Positions 1-12,904 of a stretch of 64,000 bases of DNA are shown piece by piece. This stretch comes from Psammoneis japonica (lineage: Eukaryota). A model generated the notes under the pieces. That model ran no database searches. It saw nothing but the letters and a program-made list of their open reading frames with translations, and was not told where the DNA came from. Where the stretch lies: assembly GCA_008632985.1 (NCBI GenBank), contig QPGO01000160.1:1-64000 (forward strand), written 5' to 3'. Numbering within the stretch: position 1 is the first letter of the stretch; each line of letters begins with the position of its first letter. Position numbers and translations under genes: made by a program.

Positions 1-77
1 CGTGCTTCATCGAGAATGTGGATTCACATTATTGTGAAATGTGATACAGAAAGCCAAGCTAAACCTAGAGAACCTCT

Positions 78-2549
78 CTAGGTATCGTCCAAAGGCGTAG
101 TTCGGGTTGCGGTAGTTCGATACTCAAGTCCTGCCAACATTCGAGGCCCCCCGGCTTGTGCAGACCACAGATCCATTCTCGCGCCGCTCAAAACCTCGTC
201 ACACAGCGTTAGCACAATTCGAGCGATAAGATTAGCAATTTGAGCGCGCAGCATGCCGGAACCGAGAGCACGTTCATGCCAGCGATCTAAAAACTTGAGA
301 CCCTCACTGACGTCCTCGGCTGTAGCGCTGACTGCGGCCTCAAACTGTTCCGGTCGGGCTCTACGATTCTGATGATTAGAAGAGTATCCAATGTGGTTGA
401 TCATGTCGCTCTCTGTGATTGGCTTGAACGCAAGAGACAGCTGATGACCAAGAATCTGCAGCTGGATACCGTCAGCAAAGTCTGAAACGACAGCTGCGAT
501 CAGCGTGATGAGATTTCCCAACAATCCGCGTTGCCAAGCTAGCGGAAATAATTTGAGAAGCGGTGCAGATATCTGGCAGTGAGAAATGAGCGTTTCGACG
601 ACGGCATCTCGTTGAAGAAAGGCTTCCTCTGACAGCTTTGCCTTGGATTTCCTCTTCTTTTTCTTTGCTTTTTGCATGGCATTCTGGATGGCCGACTGGG
701 CATAATTATCAACGTCGTCGCTTCCCGGGATAAGAGACTTTCCTACGGGAGGCAAATCCGGAGACGTGGATGAATCTTCAAAGAGACGAATGTCGGAATG
801 TGCCATGACATTTATACCATGAAGTGCGGAGATACTTCTTGCCAATACCGCCATTACCGCGCCACAGACAGCCTTGTATCCGGCGGTTTCGATCGCCTCA
901 CCTATCTTTTCTCCAAGGCTACCACCGGTACCTAGAGTTTGTCGCAAAAGCCAACTCCCTCCACCGCCATTTCCGTTCCGGCGTGAACTTTTGCCCCCGC
1001 TTTTGTTGCGGTGCTTTCTGTGGCGACGTCGATGATGGTGGTGGTGGTGCTCTTGATACAATTTGTGTGCATCGCCCGACGGCGTCAGCAAGTCATCACC
1101 AATAGTTTCATCCTCATCGTCCAATTCGGGACCACTTTTCCATAGCAATGTGTGGTTCATACGTACCAACCTTCCACTAGCAAACAACTCATCAATGTAC
1201 TCCTCAACAAGATCGTCACGAGGAAAGTTGAACTGCCTTGCGGTTCGCTCGGTTTCTTCGTCTGTGGTGTAATTGTAGAGCGGATTTGGCCGTTGCTGCA
1301 ATTCATCTTTTTCACATTGTAGTTCAACAATCTCTTGTTGTCCTCGTGTGATGAGTCGATCGATTTCCATGACACGCTCTCTCTTTTTTGCTTCAAGCAA
1401 GTCCCGTTCTCGTTGCTCCGCGGTCAGCCGCTCCTCTTCAATTTTCTTCAACGCCATTTCTCTCGTGAGCGAAGCCTCCTTGTCATCAAGTGCCAAACGC
1501 GCTCGAGCACGCCTTCGACCACGGTTAAGCCTCCTGAAAAACATTTGCACTCTGGTTATATTTCTATTCTGGATCAGTTCCTGCTCCGCTTCTTGTAGCT
1601 TTGCGTTTCGTTCCTCAACGAGCTTTCGTGCCCTATCAATCGCTTCAAGTCGCCGTTGCACCAAAAGGGCATCTTTGTCTCTTGTGCCATCACTTGTCGT
1701 TTCTCCGGATGGTTTCGTCACGTGTGGCTTGCCACTGACGAGGCCGTGCAATCCAGTCATTTTCGCGGTAGCTTTTCGGACAGCACGAAGCCGTCGCGAC
1801 AGTCGCAACGCTTCATGGTTTGAGGACAATCCCAAGGATGCAACCTTATCAATAGTGCCCCACTAGTAACATAGCGCAGAATACCAATAAGCATGAGAAC
1901 ACCAAATGATATGCAATGGCACTGAATCGCACCACATGTAATAATACTTACGTAACCCGACGACACATATGGGCTACTCGTACTACTACTACTACTCGTT
2001 GCTTCCTCCTTGTCCTTGAGAGACTTCAGCTGTATTGCTTCTTCAATATCCAACCATTCATCATCTTCATCATCGTCCTCTTCCAGAATTCGTTGCCTTC
2101 GATCGTTAATCTCTTTTGCTGCGGCCTGAATTCGGCATACTTCATTGATCCACCATAGTGTGGCAGCGTTGTTGGTCATGTTGAGAGTGAGTTTATGCTG
2201 TCCTTCCTCTGTCAATAAAGTCTCTGTACGGTTCGTATCGTTTCAGCTTTCTCGTCTTGTTGTTGATTTGTTTTACTTGTTCTTTCTGTTGTTTTGCATC
2301 GTTCAAATCATTCTCACTGCTCTGTGGCTTTTCCTCTTTGTCCACAGACGGTGATACGAGGTCCCACTTTTTTCTTCGTGTGGCTGTGCCACGAGAGCTC
2401 CGCCTCTGCCATACACGACATTTTCATCATCATCATCTTGTTGTTGTTGAGTCGATGCTTCATACTTGACATTGCTGTTTAATTGAAACAAATCATTCAT
2501 GCTTTCCCAAAATTTCTTTCTCGGACGAGACAGCATGTTATTGTCTGTC

Positions 2550-2580
<31 letters not shown>

Positions 2581-2722
2581 TCTCACTGTACACCCCCCCA
2601 CCCCGAACAACAAGAGTCGTCACTGACCATGGGTACTGTCTCGTCACGCAAACATTGCAAGTTTTTCTTCTAGCTGCCAAGACGCATGTGTCAACGACAA
2701 ACAACCACCACAACCGTGTCAT
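78..2722 (-). CDS. Hypothetical protein with coiled-coil region, possibly secreted or organelle-targeted; 5' structure uncertain
   Basis: 585-aa ORF 78-1835; probable intron ~1863-1951 (GTAAGT...TAG); upstream ORF pieces 1757-2215 and 2303-2857 with hydrophobic N-terminus MTRLWWLFVV and an RGGG motif; joining them needs unresolved splices or frameshifts. Confidence 0.55.
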
Positions 2723-3503
2723 GTTTTGAAAAGTACTGTTCATAGTTGTTTTGGTTGTTCTCTTTGGGAAAATTAGGTTCTTTATCTCTCCACAATAATG
2801 TTTTAGATAAAAGGGCTTTTTGTTTGATGATGCAACTCTGAAAATCAACAACAGCACAATAAGAGAAGCAAAGAAAAGCGGCGTTCCGACGCCATGGTCT
2901 GTTTTTTTATGCGCAGGTTTGGGTTATGACGACAATAACGACGTCAGTCGAGCTCGCGCGCGCTAGTCGCGCACACTTGCCCAAATCATGGGTGTGACAT
3001 TTTGGCGATTCCTACATGACTATATACAATATAAAAATTAATATCGATTTTTTATCTCAAAAAATAGCGGGAAAATGAATCATTGTATTATAAAGTTTAT
3101 ATAAATATAAATTACACAACGGATACTCACTTTCTTTTTTATGTTTATATATACATGATCACTATGTGCCGTACGAACTTAAAAGTGATAGTAAATTATG
3201 AGATAACATAATATATCGCGCTGAATATCTATGATAGTCAGCTCTTCCGCCAATGCAACCATCGCTCACGAAATGAAACATATCCTCACCAATTCGCCAG
3301 ACTTCACACCGACAAGACCTGTTTTTGCATCCAGTATTAGCCCTCTACTCAACCACAACCACCACGTATCGTATCGCACCTCTGTCGCACACGCCACCTT
3401 TGGTATGATACGACTTGAATCGCGCAAAGAAAGAATAAAATAGAAACGATAGAAGCAGCAGCTAGCTTCCATGTTGAAAGTTCAGAATCCCAACAGAATC
3501 ATC

Positions 3504-6478
3504 ATGAGCAATAACAACAAAAGCACACCTCCCGTACCACCGCAACAATCGCGTGGGTCTTGGAAGAGTCGTCGTGCCATCATTCGTGCAAGTCATCGCG
3601 GTGGTTCCAAGTCAAACTCTTCCAATGGATCAATTGCAGGAGGATCATCGATTGGTGGTGGAACTGTGAGTTCCGAGTCAACTCCCGTTACGGATAATGC
3701 GTCGTCCAATAAACGCAGCAAATCGAAAAAGTTTGGGCGATTGCGACACTTGTTACCCACGTCACCCAGTAAATCCAAAATGCCTACTGCATCATCCAAC
3801 TCAGCTTCCACCATGACTGTTGCATCACAAGATGAAGTGGAAGTGATTGAAGAATCCATGGGTGGCGGTACTACGTCGCCGTCGTCGTCCGAAAACAAGC
3901 CCAAGCAGATAACACACGACAAGGACGACATGGAAGTGACAGGCACAGAGCTTACACGACTTCAACCGCCGAAGCGGTGCAACGCAAGCAATTATTAAAG
4001 GAACGAGACGGCTTTTGTCGCCTTGTCGATTCCTACGACGGCCAAGTCATCATGGTGGATCAAAAGCCAACGTATGAATTGGGCAATTACCTCGGTGGCG
4101 GTGTGGCGGGTGTGGTGTACGAAGGACACCGCTTGCGTCCCATGGCGGAATACCCGGTACGGAACGGTTCGTTCGATAAAGGACCATTCAGCAAGACTCC
4201 ACCATCGTCGTCCGCTTTGGATTCACTCAACATTGGTAACGCTCGCAGCATGCAAAAGACAACCAGTATCAGCACCAACACGACAACGGGTGCGTCGGCT
4301 CATGTGGCCATGGAGGTGGCGATTGAAACGAAAAAGTCACACGACGAACTGGTCTACATGATGGATCACGTGGATGCTCCGTCACGATCACGCCATGCGG
4401 CACGGGCCGCGTCCGAACTCGGATTGCTCGATGAAACCGTGGCGATTAAGATTTTAAATCCCGTTGGATTCCGCATGCTGGCACCGGATGCCTGTGCCAA
4501 GGGTGTCGTTGTCAAGGAGGGTCATGCGATACCCCAAAATGTTTGAACGGATCGCATCCCATGACGGATCAACACGTTTGGTGGTTGATCAATCCCAATT
4601 CACGCAATCTACGCACGCTGCAGCGGTTTTCGTCCACAACCAAAATTATAACCTCGGACAATCGGGAAAAGACAGTGGACCGTGGTTCGCCCGAAAAGGG
4701 ATTGCGACTCTCTCTGATTGCCGCGTTTATGGACCCCAAGACCAACGCGTTGCGTGAGTTGCCACTCACAAAGTGTATTGAAATATGGGGACATGTGCCT
4801 TTTTCTGCGAGTGATTCAGGCAAGTTTGCGATTTTGATTTGGAATTATGCGTTTGTGACTGATTGTTTCTAACCGTGGCTTTTTTCTCCCGTTTTTTGCC
4901 TCAGAATTTGAGCAAATGATGGATGCGATTGAACGCGTCAATGCGGGCCATGCTCCTACTAGTGATCCTCCATCATTTCCCACCTTTGACAGTACCTTGA
5001 GCAGTGCACCCTCAAGAACGGCCACGGAGAATTCCTCGGTTTCCCATTTGAGTGCGGATCCAGAACTAATGAAACCAGTGGGACTGACCCCCAAACGCAC
5101 GTGAGTGTTTGGTATTGATTAGAAATGTGTCGCCGCGTCGTGTCTTGCTTGTGTTTTTCTCACTGAAGCGACTTTCTTTCACCTTTTCTCAAACTCTAGT
5201 GGCTTGTACCGAGCGGCTGAAGCGTCTCGCAGCACAATGTATTGTGCCGAATTGAATGCATACATTGCTGTTCCTGCCGTCCCGCCCAAGTACTTGAGGT
5301 GGTTGCGTCAACGCCGGGCTGCCACCAAGGAGATTCGAAACATGATGCTAATTGGTAGGCACAAGAATGTGGTTCACTTGTACGAGGTTTTGGAACTGAT
5401 TCAAGATTCCAAGTCAACCATGTTTTTGATTCTGGAATTGGTTCGTGGCGGAGAACTGTTTGATTTGATCAGTTCCAATTCAAAGCAGATGGTGGAGCCC
5501 TTGGCAAAGAAGAAGCGGATTCCACAAGGGTGGGACGAAACGGAATTCCGCATGAGAAAGTTCTTTTTTGAATTGGCATCCGGAATTTATTACTGTCATG
5601 CCAACGGTATTGCACATAGAGATCTAAAGCCCGAGAATCTCCTTGTGCACAATGGGCCCAACGAAGAATGCACCCTTAAGATTGCAGACTTTGGCCTTTC
5701 GGCTACCTTTGCCTTGGCGCATGGCGGTGGGTCTGACCAAGACACGGACATTGGGGTCATGTCTTTTGTGTCCTCCCCAACCCAATCGCCGATTCGTGCA
5801 AATCCAGCTTTCGAACTGAGCCCGCCCAAGCCACAGTCACCAATTCAAGATGGTTTTAACAACATTTCTTCCTTTGGTGCGTCTGCCTTATCGTTTTTGA
5901 CCTGTGGTGCCGTGACTGACATGTTTAAGAATGAGAAGTTTTGTGGCAACGCTTCGGTTGCGGATGATACACATGACGAAGAACAGCCTCCCTCACCGTT
6001 GCGGAGAATGACGTCTGTGGTGGGATCGCCTCATTATGTGGCACCGGAAATCATATCCCAATCTCTCTCGAAAAGTCAACATGAAAAGGCCAAGAGCTCT
6101 GGTTACGACGGGACAAAGGCAGACGTTTGGAGTGCGGGTGTCATTTTGTACGCAATGTTGTTCCGTTCTCTACCATTCGGCGAAGATTTGTTGCGTTGTC
6201 CAAGATACCAATCGTTTCGTAAGTGGTATCACGATGCTCGTCAATTAGGTGGACGACGATCCAGTGCCTCGGCCGCACTGAATCCCGTAATTACAGAGGA
6301 AGATGTACAGGAAATGCTGGGCCCACATTGGTTCTTTCCTTCCGAAACATCCGTCGAATCAAGGGATTTGATTGTAGCCATGCTTAATCCAGATGCCGAA
6401 GAACGACTTTCCATCTACATGGTGCTGCAACATCCGTGGGTAGTTAAGGATGGTGGGGTGACTAGCGCTACAATATGA
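3504..6478 (+). CDS. Ser/Thr protein kinase, CAMK group (SNF1/CIPK-like), with large N-lobe insertions
   Basis: LGGGVAGVVY, VAIK, HRDLKPEN, DFG, GSPHYVAPE and DVWSAG motifs; introns 4820-4904 (GC-AG) and 5101-5199; apparent frameshifts near 3985 and 4545. Confidence 0.9.
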
Positions 6479-6849
6479 TTTAAATATTTCTAGCCAGTAT
6501 TTTGCTTTTATTGCCGGGAGTCTTGCGTGCAATGATTCCCTGTGCTATTTGCTCGCAAAGTAATAAATTTAGGCTACTGTGGGAAAGTTCAGCAGAAGAT
6601 AACTAACAACGGAAAAAAAGAGACTCTTTCTTTCCTCCCTCCCCTCACTAAAGCAACACAGAAGCGATGAAGCAATTACTCGAATCCGGTCGTTGTAGAG
6701 CCAGAGTTTCCTACTTTTTAAGGGATAGTTTCATGTCAAAGTGGAGCAAAAAATAACCTCCTCACTCTTTGCTGCTTTTATCCTTTTTAGATATTTTCGC
6801 TGAAAAAATTCTCCAGCTAAAGTTGAGATCGCTTCCTTCTTTTTTAGAG

Positions 6850-7085
6850 AGCAGCAACTACTCTAGAGTAGCTCCAGTAGCCTACTCTACGGTAGCTTTA
6901 GCTAGGGCACGAGGCTACTAGCTACTTCTACGGTACGGTACGAGTACTTCTATCTAGCTACTAGAGAGAGAGAGGATATTACGAGAAGAAGTAGGGCTAC
7001 ACCTGTGGCTCTCTGGGTCCACTCTAGTAGTAGCTCTCCTCTCTCTAGAGTAGAGAGAGTAGAGAGAGGCTATCTCCAACTACTT
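6850..7085. repeat. Low-complexity CTAG/CTAC/TAGAG-rich intergenic tract
   Basis: Dense ctact/tagag/ctag words upstream of the mutase gene. Confidence 0.6.
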
Positions 7086-7313
7086 GTGCGTAGATGTCGC
7101 CGCGATGGACGGACAGACTGTCCTCTGCTTTATCGTCCGTCCGTCCGTCCCATCCAGGCAGCGTCCGTACGTACGTACCGTGATCAGTTGTGTGACGTCA
7201 GTTTCCCCGCATTTCCTTTTATTATGTAACATTATTCATATACGTTTATATCATTCGTGCCACCGCCACAATTTTTTGTTTTCTGTCTCGCGAGAAAGAG
7301 GAAAGCATAAACC

Positions 7314-8498
7314 ATGACCATGATGAACGCTTGCGTTAGCACTGTTACCAAGTTCCGACCCGCAGTCGTACGATCTTCCCCTGTGTCTTATTCCACTCGA
7401 TCAGTCAATACTTTAATTTTACTGCGACACGGCCAATCGGTCTGGAACGGACCAAATTCGAAATTCACTGGCTGGGCCGACGTTCCACTTACCGTCCGAG
7501 GTCGTGTTGAAGCAGTAGGGGCTGGGCAACTGTTACGCAGCAAGGGAATCAAGGCGAAAAATATCGATGTGGCCTTTACATCCGAACTGGAACGTGCTCA
7601 TGAAACTTGTGAATTGGTGCTAGCCAGTATGGCTGGACCAGACCAAAATTCTTGGAGTTCAGAACGGATTCGTCGCGACTGGCGGCTCAACGAACGACAT
7701 TACGGTGCAGTACAAGGCATGTGTAAGAATGACCCCCAAATCTTGGCCAAATTCACCCCCAAAGTTGTTCAAGACTGGCGAAGAAGCATGACTGCAAAAC
7801 CACCACCGCTTGATCCCACACACGAGTACTGGCGGCCGCCACCAGCACCGTTGACTGAAAGCTTAGAGGACTGTCAACGACGAGCCATGGACTGCTTTGA
7901 ATCTACAATCGCACCAGCACTCTTTGACGAAGATGGGTTGCCAACACCACCCGATAAACGAATCGTTTTGGTTGTCGCGCACTCCAATACTATTCGATCT
8001 CTCATGGCTGGATTTGATGACGTCCCCGAAAACCTTGTGCCGAAGCTTCATGTTCCCAACTCGGTCCCGATTTTGTATCGCTTCAACAGCGAAACGCGGA
8101 AACCAGTATCTATCAAACTTCAATCTGCAGCAGGTGGTTCTCATGCTCGATGGATGATATCTGCCGAAAACCATCGCGCTGTGCGAGAAGCAATCCAACC
8201 GGGTGGTATGCTGACACGGGCTTTGTTTGACGCCCTTGACAATGACGGGGATCTCAAACTGACATCGGCAGACATGGAAGCAGGGATGCGTGAGCTTCTT
8301 CGACATGAAGAAGATCATCATGAGCATATTGATTGTGTTGTCATGGCATTGGTCAAGAAGATTGCAAAGGAAATGTCACCGGACGAGATTATCTCGTATC
8401 CGGACTTTGAACGGAGAGCTTCCATGGCTTCGGAAGAATTGCAAAACACGTCGAATCTAGAAGAGTACGAACCGTTCAACTCGGAACCCTTTCCTTAG
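7314..8498 (+). CDS. PGAM: 2,3-BPG-dependent phosphoglycerate mutase, possible mitochondrial presequence, C-terminal EF-hand-like extension
   Basis: LLRHGQSVWN, FTGWADVPL, WRLNERHYG and VAHSNTIR motifs; Arg/Ser/Thr-rich N-terminus; DNDGDLKLTSAD loop. Confidence 0.9.
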   Translation: MTMMNACVSTVTKFRPAVVRSSPVSYSTRSVNTLILLRHGQSVWNGPNSKFTGWADVPLTVRGRVEAVGAGQLLRSKGIKAKNIDVAFTSELERAHETCELVLASMAGPDQNSWSSERIRRDWRLNERHYGAVQGMCKNDPQILAKFTPKVVQDWRRSMTAKPPPLDPTHEYWRPPPAPLTESLEDCQRRAMDCFESTIAPALFDEDGLPTPPDKRIVLVVAHSNTIRSLMAGFDDVPENLVPKLHVPNSVPILYRFNSETRKPVSIKLQSAAGGSHARWMISAENHRAVREAIQPGGMLTRALFDALDNDGDLKLTSADMEAGMRELLRHEEDHHEHIDCVVMALVKKIAKEMSPDEIISYPDFERRASMASEELQNTSNLEEYEPFNSEPFP

Positions 8499-9006
8499 TT
8501 TAAGAGCTGATGAAATTGACTCACAGGTGGACTACTGTAATAACGTTCGGAAAGAAAAACGGGTGGACCGGTAGGGATTTTGCATCGACATTCCAATTGC
8601 CACCTCCAATTTTGAATCCGCCTTGATTTGAAGAACGGACAGTAGGTATTTTAAATTAGCGGTAATAAGAATATGTGTTGTTCTTCAACGCACAATACAT
8701 ACAGAGCACGTTTTATGACGGTGTGTTGTGAAAGTATGCAACGACGCTATTTGCGAGACATATCTTACGTAAACAGCAGCGGTTTTGAAAGAAGCAGTAT
8801 CCAGCTGCCTTCCGGACACAACAAAGCACTTTGAAGCCAAACGTGATTACCGTATAACATATAGATCTATTTGACAAACTACATCTGCCAGAATAAACAA
8901 ATGGAACGAAGCACAAAGAAAACTGAGATATGTTCAGTCATCGTGCTGTCCAAGTTTCTTCCCTAACCGGAAACCCGAATTACCAACCGATTCAATCTAG
9001 ATTTCC

Positions 9007-10582
9007 CTACTTGTAATGAGGGCTCTTGGGGCACGTGTTCTTGCGGCACTTGACACCGGCTCCCACGAATTTGCCTCCGCGCGTGTAGCACTTGGACTGT
9101 TTGAACATCATGCACTTGCCATTCTTCCAGCAACAGGCACCGGGCCTGGAGGAGCAGGTATTCTTCTTGCACTTGGTACCGAATCCAACAAACTTTCCGT
9201 GCTTCTTCTTCACACAAATAGTCTTCTTCAACACGGCACAATTTCCATTTGGCAAGCAGCAGGCACCGTACGCGGCAGGGCACGTTTTCTTGTTACACTT
9301 GACACCTTCACCACCGAAATGCCCACCCTTCTTTTTGCACCTCTTCTCAGGGAGAGTCCTGCACTGTCGTTTCTTAACGAAACAACAAGCACCGGGCTTG
9401 CCGCGTGGCCCAACCGGACAGCGATTGTTCTTTGTGCACTTGGTACCTACACCGATGAACTTGCCATACTTCTTTCTGCACACGCCAGGCATGAGGTTGC
9501 GGCAAAGACCACTTTCAAAGCAGCAGGCTCCGATGGGTTTCATGGTAGGAGTAGGGGTCGGGCTTGGAGTCTTGATTGGGCAAACCACATTCTTACAGCG
9601 AGTACCAGGGCCCAAGAAGAAGTTTCCGTTGGTAGCACACGTCCTCTGAGACCAGAAACGGCACTCTCCAGATTTGAGGCAACAAGCTCCAGGAGAAGTC
9701 CTAGTGGGACAAATGCCGGGCTTGCACTTGACACCAAGTCCGAGGAATACGCCGGTGTCGCAGTCTTCTTCGGTGGTTTGCTCACATTTATCATCCTCAA
9801 CATCACAGCAAGCTCCAGTAGGAGGAGGAGTAACAGTAGGTTTTTGCGTAGGCGCTGCGGTGCTAGGAGCCGGAGTTGGCGGTTTGGTCGGGCACAAGCC
9901 GAGTTCACATTGCACTCCAAATCCCTGGAACATGCCGTTTCCGTTGGCACACTCCTTCTTGAAGGTTCTCTTGCATCCATCCTCCAAGCAGCAAGCTCCC
10001 TTGGTAGGGCACTCGGCCGTTGGGTCGTCACACTTGAGGCCTGGTTCCAGAAATGTGCCACCGTCCAGCTTGCACGATTCCTGCGAAAGAAACTTGCATC
10101 CGCGAAACAAGGTGCAGCAAGCGCCAGGGGAGTCTTCAAAGGGCGTTGGTGACTCAGTTGGTGATGTGGTAGGAGCTGGTGTAGTGGGCTCCATGGTAGG
10201 AACCGGGGTAGTGGGAGCTGGGGTGGGTGCAATAGTAGGAGACGGCGTAGGAGGTAAGGTTGGACAGTTCGCGTCCGCGCATAATACTCCTGGGACCCAC
10301 ATTTCTCCGCCGTTATCAAGTTCAAGACATTCTTCTTCAGTTCCCTTGAAGCAAACCCTGTCAGAACCTGGCATTGGGCAACAAGCACCCTTTTCTAGAG
10401 CAGTAAGGTTTTTCGCAGCCATCTTTTGGATAATGAAAAAAAACGAATACGCTGACAGAAGTTAGAACGGCAGCACGAGGCACAACCCAAGCACCCTATA
10501 TGGTTGTTGTCGCACGTACCGCAACATGGCTATGCTGAGCCACAACAGCAAGAAGGAGGTGTCCCACGGTAACTTTCATCAT
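9007..10582 (-). CDS. Secreted Cys-rich protein with nine GACC repeats and Pro/Thr linkers, copy 1
   Basis: Signal-peptide-like exon MMKVTVGHLLLAVVAQHSHVA; phase-0 intron 10423-10519 (GTACGT...CTAAC...AAG); 471-aa main exon. Confidence 0.8.
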
Positions 10583-12139
10583 GGCCACGTATCTGATCGA
10601 AACCTCAACGTCTATCAACTCGATTCTGAATTCGAATTGTGAGAGGTGGAGGCGGATGTTCGAGTTTCGAGTGGCGGGCATGCGGGATTATGATCGTGGC
10701 ACGCGAAGATGTCGTATCTGTCACACTGCATGTCGCGCGTTGTCACTTATGTAAACGCATTACTTGGTTTGGAATATAAGTCTTTCTGTCTTTAAATGGC
10801 TTTTCGATTGCGCCATGAGCCGATGTCTTGCCATATTTTGCATTTAGGAAAGCTAAACGCGCCGTGATTTTGCGGGTGCATCTTTATGTCTCGTTTATGG
10901 AAAAAGACATACCAAAAATGTCGGTGTACTCATCGGGCGGGCGGGATGATGCTGTATCTATCTATCATCAGATGCTGTAATTCGAGTGTAAGCTGGCGGG
11001 AAAACGAGAAATCTGGTAAGCTGTAGAGTAGCGATTGATAATTGATAAAAATCACGTGAGGGTGGGTTGCGTTGTGGTAGGCACATCATGTTTTGTTTCA
11101 TAAGTGATGAATCGCGGACACGTCGTACAAGAATGGTATGATGTTGTGTATGTTGCAGATAGATCGGTCCGTCCGCGCGGTTGGCTGCCGCAACAACGCA
11201 AAACTTGACAACAATGGCAAGGCGACGCTCCTGGGGCTTATCTCGTCACCGCCAAAGTGTCTAATGCTTCGAGTGCTCAAGGGAAGTGAAGAGGAGAGCG
11301 TCTCAACAGAACACGGAGAGTGTGTCGTCAACTTTGTATGCGGAAAGTCCGGAATCCCATTTCCATCGGCGAACTTCGTGGAGTCGTCAAGCTGGTCGTG
11401 GACGATTCAATGCCGCTGAAAAATTGATCTACAAACAGTAATAAGCAGAGATGGACCTGATGCTTCACGAGAAGTTGATTTACAAGAAGTTTAGAGAAGC
11501 GATTCCGAGCAGAAGAAAAATGACCCTTGACCCTTCAAAGGAAAATCTGTTTGTAGTCGACTGGTGGTGAAGCAAACACGAAGCACAAGGGCCCTACCAG
11601 TTTGCGAGACTCAAGGACGTCTGGCAGCGCCATGTTGTATCATTTGAATGACTTCCAGATCCTAAGGTTCTACAGTACGTTCCGATGCTCAAGCAACGAA
11701 GGATGCATGCCGTAGAGAGCACCACCCGTAGAGGAGAGAATGAGTCAGTGGCACAGTGTCTCCGACGAAGTTCCCCTCGGCGTCCTGAAACACCCACGGG
11801 GGTACATCGCATGGTGCATGGGTCAGCTTCGAAAGACTTAGGATTCCGGCACTCTTTCTACTAGGGAACTATCAACTAATCGTTTGTCGATAGGACCGCG
11901 TGCCAAAACTGAGCGGAAGTTAACTAGTCGTCAATCTTGTCTCCGTCGGTATGTGCACTGTTCTGGTACATAGACCCACTTGGTCTAAGCTAACGAGTAA
12001 AAGAGATCGGCTGCAGCTGGACCGACTGAACCTTTTGTAGCTACTCAGTTAGAATGAGCGTTTCTGTAATGTTACGTATCAAATGAAACCCGAGGGACGG
12101 TACTTTAAGGGTTTGCTGTGGTTTAGTGTACTTCTTGCT

Positions 12140-12640
12140 GCATGATCTAGAGGACAATGACTCCCTTTGAATGCACAGCGAAACTTTCATAGCAACTCAA
12201 ATATATCATGGGCTTTTGTAGTGGTATTGTTCATTCAAACCGGATGGACTGGCCTGAAATTGCGCACGAGTTGGAGGACAACGATCCTCTTTTCATCGCA
12301 AGGCGAAATATTCAGAGCTATTGTTTGTCAATTTACACTGGAAGGACTGGGACCGAGATTGCGTGCAATTGTCTACTGCACGGTACGAGCTAGAGGACAA
12401 CGACCTCCCATTCAGCGAAACATTCACAGCTACTGTGAAGAGAATAAAGGCTTTTGTAATGTTCAACACACGGGAAGGGCCGGGACTGCAAATGCGTGCA
12501 GCGATCTACGGTATAGTACGAGCTAGAGAGGACAACGGTCTCGCTTTCATCAAACGGTGAAAGTTTCATACTTCTCGGGTCACTTGCCAATTCACACCGC
12601 AAGGACTGGGAATTTAGCTGCATTCTGAGATCTAATGTAC
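12140..12640. repeat. About four degenerate tandem units of ~120-135 bp
   Basis: Recurrent GAGGACAA(C/T)GA...GAAA.A/TTTCA at ~12150, 12275, 12393 and 12528, alternating with GGACTG words. Confidence 0.6.
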
Positions 12641-12904
12641 GAACCGGGCTCAGTTTCATTGGCGGCGTCGCACGTCTCTCCGCATACTCAGCCCCCAGCA
12701 TCACATATTGAGCACATTTAGCAGCAGAATGTTCCATACTGAAATCACAAGGCAACATTTGTCAAAGAAAGGAGATAAAATGAATTACTCATTACATTAC
12801 AAACAAATAACTAAAAATTACAAGTCTTGGGTAACCTCTTTCCCACAACGACATGTTCTTTGTCGAACAAAGATGTATACATCATCTCAAACTCATACTC
12901 AGAA

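Noticed and set aside
2552..2580. (ATC)n microsatellite
   Set aside because: Ordinary poly-Asp coding run
12140..12640. CRISPR-like array
   Set aside because: Units too long and degenerate, no cas genes, eukaryotic context
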